Assembly (NCBI GenBank): GCA_044507735.1
Contig: JBIQJB010000003.1
Location: 122,921-139,316, forward strand
Source of the DNA: Nitrosopumilales archaeon
GTDB lineage: Archaea; Thermoproteota; Nitrososphaeria; Nitrososphaerales; Nitrososphaeraceae
DNA: 16,396 nucleotides
Direction: 5' to 3'
A program made the translations under genes and the position numbers. This document shows, piece after piece, positions 1-6,898 of the stretch. Below the pieces are notes generated by a model that saw only the letters and a program-made list of their open reading frames with translations, searched no databases and was not told the DNA's origin. Positions within the stretch are counted from its first letter, which is position 1. Each line of letters begins with the position of its first letter.

Positions 1-55
1 CCTTGCCCTTGCCCTTATCGTCTTTCTCTTGGTCCTTGCCCTTGCCCTTATCGTC
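1..55. repeat. Coding repeat, 33-bp period (22-bp identical core ccttgcccttgcccttatcgtc)
   Basis: Identical 22-mer at 1-22 and 34-55; encodes DDKGKGK on the minus strand; may continue beyond the window. Confidence 0.8.
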
Positions 56-160
56 AGCAAACGAATTACCAATCAGTGAAATCGCAGGGAGTAATGATGC
101 AGTAATAATCACAAGTGCCAGTAATACCGTACCAACCGTAGTTTTAGGGAAAATGTTCAT
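1..160 (-). CDS. Secreted/surface protein, N-terminal part only (runs off left edge); signal peptide followed by charged DDKGKGKDQEK repeats
   Basis: Manual translation from ATG at 160: MNIFPKTTVGTVLLALVIITASLLPAISLIGNSFA-DDKGKGKDQEKDDKGKGK..., no stop to the edge; hydrophobic core and SFA cleavage site; TATA-like TTATATA about 35 nt upstream. Not in the ORF track. Confidence 0.8.
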   Translation of the reverse strand, partial: MNIFPKTTVGTVLLALVIITASLLPAISLIGNSFADDKGKGKDQEKDDKGKGK

Positions 161-192
161 CTAACTCTTCGGGCAACGCTAGAGGATTGTTC

Positions 193-218
193 TATATAAG
201 CTAGCTGTAAAATTTTAC
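193..218 (-). promoter_or_regulatory. Candidate TATA box (TTATATA) with adjacent 12-bp palindrome GTAAAATTTTAC
   Basis: tatataa at 193-199 reads TTATATA on the minus strand; perfect palindrome at 207-218 just upstream of it. Confidence 0.45.
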
Positions 219-313
219 CCATTTTTAGATAAACATAAAATTATTTTTCCATGATATACGAGGATCTAAATCTAGATTTAAATGTACGTGCGGCGGGCGC
301 TATTGTCCAAAGC

Positions 314-1762
314 TCACTTGTACTTGGCAAAGGCTTCTTCAAGGTGTCTGGTCAGTTTCTTATGCCATTCCAGGAATCCTTCTGGCCCGTCAGGGTAGTT
401 GCGGTAGTGGTCCACAAGCACCTTGTTCATCGTTGCGCAATATCTCAGATCTTCGGCGAGCTTTTTGTTCATGGCACCCCGTATCATCATGCCGAGCTTG
501 TCAACTGTGCTGAATTCTGGGTGCTCCCCTCTTGTTATCTTGTCGACATCCATCTTGCTCAGAAAGTGCTTCATGCCATAGTTGATCTGCTCGTTTGTCA
601 GCCCTTGCAGCATTCTGCGGAAGACTTCAAGGCCGGCAGTCTTGTAGCCGTAGTCGTTGATGAAGTGTTTGTTGTATTGCCACAGGCCCTTTTCAGAAGT
701 ATCCCCAGCCTGAATGGCTTCAACGGCATCTTTTCCTGCTATCGTTGCCGCTATGATGGCCGGACCGATACCGCCAGCGTCAAGTGGTTTGGGCATCCAT
801 GCCGAATCGCCAACCAACATGTAGCCGTTGGCGACAAGACAATCGTTCTGCCTTCTTACAGAAACCTGCCAGGTACCCCAGGCATTACCTTCATCTTCAG
901 GACCATCTGCCAAGCGAGGGTTACGGATTACCGGGTTTCCCTCGACATACTCGTCAATCAACGTCTTGAGGTCTGGGTGCACACCCATTTCCTTGTTGCG
1001 CGCGTCAAAAGCCTTCTGCTGCACTCCAAGGCCAATGTTCACCTTGCTCTTTCCTTTAGGAAAGACCCATCCATAGCCACCTGGCGCAAGTTTTTGGTCT
1101 AGATGTATAATGCAATAGTCAGGATCGAAAAATGTCTTGTCCTCATGATCAACGTCAAAGTTGTAAATGTAGCGTCCGGTAGCTTCAAGGTCGTCACGAT
1201 CGATCCTACGCTGGATGAACGACTTGACCGGAAGATTAGTGCGAAGGACAGACGTAACACCCGTGCAATCTATCACCAGCTTTGCTGTTTTCTTGAAGAC
1301 CTCTTTTGTGTCAAGATGTTCGCCTTCAACTCCGATGACGGTGTTACCATCGGTAATGAGCGAACGCAATGCGACTCGCTCTTTAATCTCGACGCCGACC
1401 TTTGTCGCATCTCTCAATTGCCTCTGTGGCAGCAGACGCCTGTTGAGGATGTAACCTTCGCCGTCAAACGAGATTCCAGTTTCATGGTCAGGAGAATACG
1501 CGATCACACCCTTGACAGGATGCTCGATCTCCGGATGGCCCCAGCTTATCTTGATCCTTTCCGCCATATAGTCGACGGTGTTCTTGCCTACCGCATCGCC
1601 ACAAACCCAGCCAGAGACTGTCTTTTTACCCTGCTGAGGAATCGCGTTCCGATCGATCACCAAGATCTTGAGGGACTGATTCGAATAGTACATCGCAGAA
1701 GTTGCAACAATAAGGCCAGCGAGTCCACCACCAGCCACTATAATATCATAGTCTCTATTCAT
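314..1762 (-). CDS. Geranylgeranyl reductase family FAD-dependent oxidoreductase (digeranylgeranylglycerophospholipid reductase-like)
   Basis: N-terminal Rossmann motif DIIVAGGGLAG, CGDA motif, PGGYGWVFPKG (YxWxFP lipid-binding motif), VGDSA...PLDAGGI second FAD motif; 482 aa. Confidence 0.88.
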   Translation of the reverse strand: MNRDYDIIVAGGGLAGLIVATSAMYYSNQSLKILVIDRNAIPQQGKKTVSGWVCGDAVGKNTVDYMAERIKISWGHPEIEHPVKGVIAYSPDHETGISFDGEGYILNRRLLPQRQLRDATKVGVEIKERVALRSLITDGNTVIGVEGEHLDTKEVFKKTAKLVIDCTGVTSVLRTNLPVKSFIQRRIDRDDLEATGRYIYNFDVDHEDKTFFDPDYCIIHLDQKLAPGGYGWVFPKGKSKVNIGLGVQQKAFDARNKEMGVHPDLKTLIDEYVEGNPVIRNPRLADGPEDEGNAWGTWQVSVRRQNDCLVANGYMLVGDSAWMPKPLDAGGIGPAIIAATIAGKDAVEAIQAGDTSEKGLWQYNKHFINDYGYKTAGLEVFRRMLQGLTNEQINYGMKHFLSKMDVDKITRGEHPEFSTVDKLGMMIRGAMNKKLAEDLRYCATMNKVLVDHYRNYPDGPEGFLEWHKKLTRHLEEAFAKYK

Positions 1763-1867
1763 CAGACAGACAAGGCGTGAAGGCGGAAAACGCTATTTAA
1801 AGTGTTCCCGTGTGCACAAGGACAGAATATAATAACGGTCTCACGTGCAAGTCGAGAGGGGTAAATT

Positions 1868-2578
1868 GTGATGACGGCAACCAGGCCATTCATATTCTTT
1901 GATCTTGGCCAGACACTCGTCGACGAATGGGACTTTATTGCGCACTTTGACCAGAAATTTCTGGAATTGCTGAATGGATTCGGTGCCAGGATTGACCAAC
2001 GAAACTACCGTGCAGTCCGTGACAGCATTATCCGCGATCGCAAGATCGGATACGGAAGCGTCAAAGAGTTGATAATTGAGGTATGCAAGTTGCTCTCTCC
2101 TACCGGGTACGAAAAGGTCATTGCAAGAAGGCTTGAGCCTCAAATAAAGGAAGGCAGGAGCAGTCTATTTAAGCTGTTTGAAGACGCCAAGCCAACCCTC
2201 CAGACACTCTCAAAGTACTGCGAAATGGGGATCATAGCCAACCAGTCAGAGGACATTTGCGAGCTGCTTGAAAGGTCTGGGCTTGACCGGTTCTTCAAAG
2301 TACAGGCGATATCATCTGTGGTGAAATTGAAAAAACCAGACCCTGCCATTTTCGAGCTTGCACTCAGGCAGGCAGGACGTCAGTCAAATGAATGTATAAT
2401 GGTAGGGGACAGACTGGACACTGATATCTGCCCAGCTAACACGATTGGCATGACAACCATCAGGACGACAAACTCGCTTTTTGCACTGCAAATCCCCTCC
2501 AAGGAATGCGAATGTGCCACCTTCACTGTCGCGCGCCTCTCCGAGATTCCAAGCATAGTGGAAAGAATTATCAGTTGA
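1868..2578 (+). CDS. HAD-superfamily hydrolase (subfamily IA-like)
   Basis: Motif I FFDLGQTLVD, motif III KKPDP, motif IV GDRLDTD; start may be ATG 1871. Confidence 0.9.
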   Translation: MMTATRPFIFFDLGQTLVDEWDFIAHFDQKFLELLNGFGARIDQRNYRAVRDSIIRDRKIGYGSVKELIIEVCKLLSPTGYEKVIARRLEPQIKEGRSSLFKLFEDAKPTLQTLSKYCEMGIIANQSEDICELLERSGLDRFFKVQAISSVVKLKKPDPAIFELALRQAGRQSNECIMVGDRLDTDICPANTIGMTTIRTTNSLFALQIPSKECECATFTVARLSEIPSIVERIIS

Positions 2579-2601
2579 TGTTGTGTCTAATAAATAGAGG
2601 C

Positions 2602-2904
2602 ATGCGCGCACTTGTCAAGATAATCAAGAACACTCACAGGCATCCAGCCAATCGAGCGCTGCATTTCACAGGAGCGCCGTTTTACGTAATCGGGGTGGCA
2701 ATCACAGTAGGGCATTTCGTGGGCATGGATACCAATTTAGCTCTGGGAATTGCAATGTGGACTGCAGCCGTTGCCATGTTTGTTGCCGGACACAAGATTG
2801 AGGGCAACATTGGATCAATGACCCCCATCTTGATTTGCAGACTCGTCTCAAGAAAAGTAAGACATTATCTTGTCGCGCAGCGAGTCCATTTCTTGCGGAC
2901 CTAA
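2602..2904 (+). CDS. DUF962/Mpo1-like small membrane protein
   Basis: HRHPANRALHFTG and GHKIEGN match the H..P.NR.LH and GH..EGN pattern of DUF962; two hydrophobic helices. Start set to ATG 2602 (after gagg), avoiding overlap with the HAD gene. Confidence 0.75.
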   Translation: MRALVKIIKNTHRHPANRALHFTGAPFYVIGVAITVGHFVGMDTNLALGIAMWTAAVAMFVAGHKIEGNIGSMTPILICRLVSRKVRHYLVAQRVHFLRT

Positions 2905-3279
2905 CCTCGGCCTGTTCTTGAACATCGAGTGGATCGGGCCTGCGCCATCGCTTTGAGTTCTAGGAACAATATGCACATGGACATGTGGAACTTCCTGTCC
3001 GGCTTCCTTCCCATTATGAATTGCAATGGTAGATGCAGGAACCTGTGAAGCGGTCTCTACCGCACTGACGACCTTCCATGTTATTTCGAATAAAGCCTTG
3101 GCATCCTGCTCATTCATGTCCTGTACCTTGGCATAGTGCGACTTTGGGATCACTAGCGTGTGGCCTGCAGCAAGTGGAAAGGCATCAAGGAAGGAGATGG
3201 CTCGATCGTTCTGCATCAGAACCCTCGCAGGTATCTCGCCTGCCACAATCTTGCAAAAGATACAGTTTGGGTCTTGCAT
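2848..3279 (-). CDS. HIT family (HINT-type) nucleotide hydrolase
   Basis: CIFCKI N-terminus, GHTLVIPK, histidine triad HVHVHIV; start moved to ATG 3279 (MQDPNCIFCK) from the ORF-track start at 3402. Confidence 0.92.
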   Translation of the reverse strand: MQDPNCIFCKIVAGEIPARVLMQNDRAISFLDAFPLAAGHTLVIPKSHYAKVQDMNEQDAKALFEITWKVVSAVETASQVPASTIAIHNGKEAGQEVPHVHVHIVPRTQSDGAGPIHSMFKNRPRLGPQEMDSLRDKIMSYFS

Positions 3280-3340
3280 GTGTGTCCTGCTCAATCTTGG
3301 TATATTATCATTGCAGCGGGTACAAGAAATGGCCGAAAAA

Positions 3341-4741
3341 TCAAGTTGGGGTGCCTGCAAGGTGCGCAAGTCTTGCCCTTGAAGCAACGTACTCGCTTGC
3401 ATCTTGCGGCAGCCTCACAGTGGCAGTTCCCTTTTCAGCTACAGATCCGATCCTCTCTGGAGCAAAGTTGTGTTTTCCTAGATCTTCAATTATCAGATCA
3501 GCGACATCTTTTGTCGCGACTATCAGGTGACAGCCGTTCAGTGATGCCGTTGCATTCTCAACCAAAAACGCACTTGAGGCAAACTTTGCTACTTCTGGAT
3601 TTCTGACTGGCAGTTCACTTATTTCCAAGTGCGAATTTGCAAGCCCTGCCAGTGAACCAAGAGCCAGTATTCCTTGAGCTCCAACCGGATGGACCGCAAC
3701 AATGTGGGAGCCCTTGTCAAAGGCAGAGTCATAGTCAGGACAATATTTTGCGATTATCTTGCCCAGTGCAAAGTGCGGTTCGCTCAGGTTCTTTATTGCG
3801 GCATCCCTTGCTTCTGTAATGGCTGCAAAAGAGATGTTGGCTTGCTCGAACTTGATGATGTTTTCAGGATCCATCTGGGCGAGCGCATGGAGGCTCACTT
3901 CAGTCAGGCCGCCAAACTTGTTTGTGGCAACAATTTCCATGCCCTGTTCGATCAGGTCATACTTGACAGGTAGCTCTTTTGTCGTCGAGGCTATTGCACT
4001 TGTCCCATAGAACAGTTTGCCCATCTTGAGGGCACTATAGTCCTCCATTGCCAGGTTATAGCGTGAAGTAAATGCGTCCAAATTCGACCTTATCGTGTCT
4101 AGCATCTCCTCAGAGGGCGCATCATATGCCGGAAATAGCTTGAATGATGACGGTATGCCACATCCGAGAAGATTCAAAAGTTCAATTGCAGATGTCATTG
4201 CGATGCTGCTGTGGATTTCTGCATCCGGTGCCCTTGTCACGTCTGTGACTTGTGTAGTCGAGGTAACTCCTGGCATGTATCCGACCTTGTCTCCCCTGTG
4301 CAGCTGGATATAGTCCAGCATGCAGAACTGGCCGTCTGGATGTTCAGTGAGTGTCGTCGACGTGCATGACACTGACACTTTGGTATTGAATAGCTTGAGA
4401 AGGTTCTGGAGCGATTCTGTCAGCAGCTGTGGGTGTTCGCCGATTCCGGTATACACGCGAAAAATTGCCATTGCCCTCTTTACTTCGACTTCCCGGTCCA
4501 CAACGGGGTTCGTCAGGCTATAGACGCGCCGCGTCAGCTCGGGAGTCTTGCCTTCGATATGGTAGAATGAATCGAACCAGTTGGGAGAGATGTGGATGCT
4601 TGTCTTTTTTACCCCTGCTACTGCGGCCTTGAGGACAGAGTGGGATATTTCGTTAGAGCACGCGGGGATCCACCGGAGGGGATCAAATCCAAGTTTCCTG
4701 TATTGATCAACATTTTCCCAAAAATTATCAGACAATCCCAA
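3341..4741 (-). CDS. SelD-related (PurM/selenophosphate synthetase superfamily) putative sulfur-metabolism protein, divergent
   Basis: N-terminal YRKLGFDPL...C resembles archaeal SelD-related proteins; PurM C-domain-like segments GMEIVATNKFG, ASLNGCHLI and ERIGSV; GGAGA just upstream of the TTG start; lies next to cysH-sat. Confidence 0.65.
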   Translation of the reverse strand: MGLSDNFWENVDQYRKLGFDPLRWIPACSNEISHSVLKAAVAGVKKTSIHISPNWFDSFYHIEGKTPELTRRVYSLTNPVVDREVEVKRAMAIFRVYTGIGEHPQLLTESLQNLLKLFNTKVSVSCTSTTLTEHPDGQFCMLDYIQLHRGDKVGYMPGVTSTTQVTDVTRAPDAEIHSSIAMTSAIELLNLLGCGIPSSFKLFPAYDAPSEEMLDTIRSNLDAFTSRYNLAMEDYSALKMGKLFYGTSAIASTTKELPVKYDLIEQGMEIVATNKFGGLTEVSLHALAQMDPENIIKFEQANISFAAITEARDAAIKNLSEPHFALGKIIAKYCPDYDSAFDKGSHIVAVHPVGAQGILALGSLAGLANSHLEISELPVRNPEVAKFASSAFLVENATASLNGCHLIVATKDVADLIIEDLGKHNFAPERIGSVAEKGTATVRLPQDASEYVASRARLAHLAGTPT

Positions 4742-4869
4742 TCTCTCCTAGCAATCACTATAACTAAAGACGAACTTTCACACTATATAGAAAACACTGG
4801 TTAATAAACAACTTCTTTTGTCACCCCGTAACCGGCACCTCCTCTGACGAAGTGGCGATAGAACAAGCA

Positions 4870-4877
4870 TTATAAAG
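4870..4877 (+). promoter_or_regulatory. TATA box of the cysH-sat operon
   Basis: TTATAAAG about 30 nt before ATG 4903, typical of a short-leader or leaderless archaeal transcript. Confidence 0.55.
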
Positions 4878-4902
4878 AGTCCACACCTCATTTTCTTTCG
4901 CC

Positions 4903-5649
4903 ATGGGTGCAAAGTTCACTCCAGCAGAGATCGAAAAACTTGCTGAAGAGTTTGAATCAAAACCGGCCCAAGACGTATTGAAGTGGGCCATTGACACGTT
5001 TGGCACAAAGATAGGTCTTGCTTCTAGCTTTGGTGCGGAAGATGTCGCAATCATTGACATGATGATCAACATTGACAAGAACAGGACAAAGATCTTTACT
5101 CTTGAAACTGGACGGTTGAATCAAGAAACTTATGACGTGATGGACGCCATCCGTGCAAGGTACGGCGTGCAAATTGAGGCTTACTTTCCCGACCAGAAAG
5201 AGGTCGAGGACATGATCAGGTCACGAGGGATGAACCTAATGTACGAGAGCGTGGAGAACCGCAAGCTCTGTTGTGAAATAAGGAAAGTTCATCCGCTAAA
5301 CCGCGCGCTTGCCACGCTGGACGGCTGGATAACGGGCCTGCGCAGGGATCAGATGGCTACAAGATCGGGTGTGAAAAAGATCGAGTTGGACGCAGCCCAT
5401 GGAGGCATTGTAAAACTAAACCCCATAGCTGATTGGAGCTCTGATATGGTTTGGGACTATATTCGCAAGAATAACGTACCATACAACGAGCTGCACGACA
5501 AGGGATTCCCGAGTATCGGTTGCGAACCCTGCACGAGGGCAGTACAACCAGGCGAAGATCCAAGGGCGGGCAGATGGTGGTGGGAAAACGCAGTGGCAAA
5601 AGAATGTGGCCTTCACTTTGACCTGACGAAGAAGAGGAAAAACCAGTGA
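4903..5649 (+). CDS. cysH: Adenylylsulfate (APS)/PAPS reductase, [4Fe-4S] thioredoxin-dependent type
   Basis: SSFGAED, LETG, CCEIRKV, WITGLRRDQ, SIGCEPCT, C-terminal ECGLH; CC plus CxxC are the Fe-S ligands of APS-using CysH. Confidence 0.95.
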   Translation: MGAKFTPAEIEKLAEEFESKPAQDVLKWAIDTFGTKIGLASSFGAEDVAIIDMMINIDKNRTKIFTLETGRLNQETYDVMDAIRARYGVQIEAYFPDQKEVEDMIRSRGMNLMYESVENRKLCCEIRKVHPLNRALATLDGWITGLRRDQMATRSGVKKIELDAAHGGIVKLNPIADWSSDMVWDYIRKNNVPYNELHDKGFPSIGCEPCTRAVQPGEDPRAGRWWWENAVAKECGLHFDLTKKRKNQ

Positions 5650-6797
5650 TCAACTTGGCTAGCCATATACCGTTGCCTCACGGTGGCACGCTTGTAAACA
5701 GGTTTGTTGTTGCATCTGAGACCAAGACAGATGGCATGTTCTCCGTGCAGGTGAGCACGGACCTGCGCAACGATGTTGAGAACATCGCAGATGGTGTGTT
5801 CAGCCCGCTTGAAGGCTTTGTCGGAGAGGCAGACTTTCAGAGCATCGTGCAGACCGGCAGGCTGAGAAACGGGCTTGCCTGGACCGTCCCAATAGTCCTT
5901 GACGTAGATGACGACACAGCTGTCAAGATGAAAGATGCAGGACAAGTTGCGCTGGCAACAGGAACTGAAAAATTTGCAATTCTCCACGTGGAAGAAGTAT
6001 ATACCTTTGACCGGCTCGCCTGTGCAAAGGCCATCTATCAGACAGATGACATCAAGCACCCCGGAGTTGAAAAGATGGTCAACATGAAAAACAAGCTGGT
6101 CGGTGGGAGAATCGACGTCGTCAAGAAGATAGAACAGTCACCTCTGCGCAGGTACAGGATGACCCCCACTGAAACTCGTGCCGAAATTTCACGCAAGGGA
6201 TGGAGATCAGTGGTCGGTTTCCAGACAAGAAATGTTCCGCACGTCGCCCATGAAATGCTACAAAAAGCAGCGCTCAATCTCTATGACGGTCTTTTCGTCA
6301 ACCCCCTGATAGGCAAGAAGAAGAAGGGCGACTTTAAGGACGAAGTGATTCTAGCCGCATACGTTTCGCTTATAGAGAACTATTATCCAAAGGACAGGGC
6401 AATGTTTGTAACCCTCCACACAGAGATGCGTTATGCAGGCCCAAAGGAAGCGATACATCATGCGATAATGAGGAAGAACTTTGGTTGCTCTCATTTCATA
6501 GTTGGACGTGACCATGCAGGAGTTGGAAGCTACTACCACCCATTTGCAGCTCACGAGATATTCAAAGGATACCCAGATCTTGAAATAGAGCCGGTGTTCT
6601 TTCCTGCATTCTATTACTGCAAGAAGTGTCTGAGCTATGCTAATGAAAGGAACTGTCCGCACGGACCGGAATTCAGAGAGGAGCTGAGCGGAACGAAGAT
6701 GAGAAAAATGGTCAGCTCTGGCGAGATCCCTGCAGAACACCTTATGCGGCCGGAAGTCGCGAAAGTAATCATTTCACATAAAGAACCATTTGTATAA
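5646..6797 (+). CDS. sat: Sulfate adenylyltransferase (ATP sulfurylase, Sat type)
   Basis: PHGGTLV, FSPLEGF, FQTRNVPHVAH, MRYAGPKEA, HFIVGRDHAG, Zn site CKKC...CPH; GTGA overlap with the cysH stop. Confidence 0.96.
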   Translation: MINLASHIPLPHGGTLVNRFVVASETKTDGMFSVQVSTDLRNDVENIADGVFSPLEGFVGEADFQSIVQTGRLRNGLAWTVPIVLDVDDDTAVKMKDAGQVALATGTEKFAILHVEEVYTFDRLACAKAIYQTDDIKHPGVEKMVNMKNKLVGGRIDVVKKIEQSPLRRYRMTPTETRAEISRKGWRSVVGFQTRNVPHVAHEMLQKAALNLYDGLFVNPLIGKKKKGDFKDEVILAAYVSLIENYYPKDRAMFVTLHTEMRYAGPKEAIHHAIMRKNFGCSHFIVGRDHAGVGSYYHPFAAHEIFKGYPDLEIEPVFFPAFYYCKKCLSYANERNCPHGPEFREELSGTKMRKMVSSGEIPAEHLMRPEVAKVIISHKEPFV

Positions 6798-6898
6798 AAC
6801 GATAGTACTTTTTTATAGAGCAACAAGCATAGCTCTCTATCACGCCTCCTGATAGCAATATCGAACTTGGCAGAGCCGTCAACCGTCCACTGTTCAGT

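Noticed and set aside
251-1780. Two long plus-strand ORFs (283 and 225 aa) in one frame
   Set aside because: Antisense shadows of the geranylgeranyl reductase; no recognisable motifs.
3280-3402. 41-aa N-terminal extension of the HIT ORF
   Set aside because: Overlaps the upstream gene; HIT proteins start just before CIFCKI.
3341-4741. True selD or selenoprotein
   Set aside because: No in-frame TGA, no GCxxK motif and no selA/selB/tRNA-Sec nearby, so no gene symbol is given.
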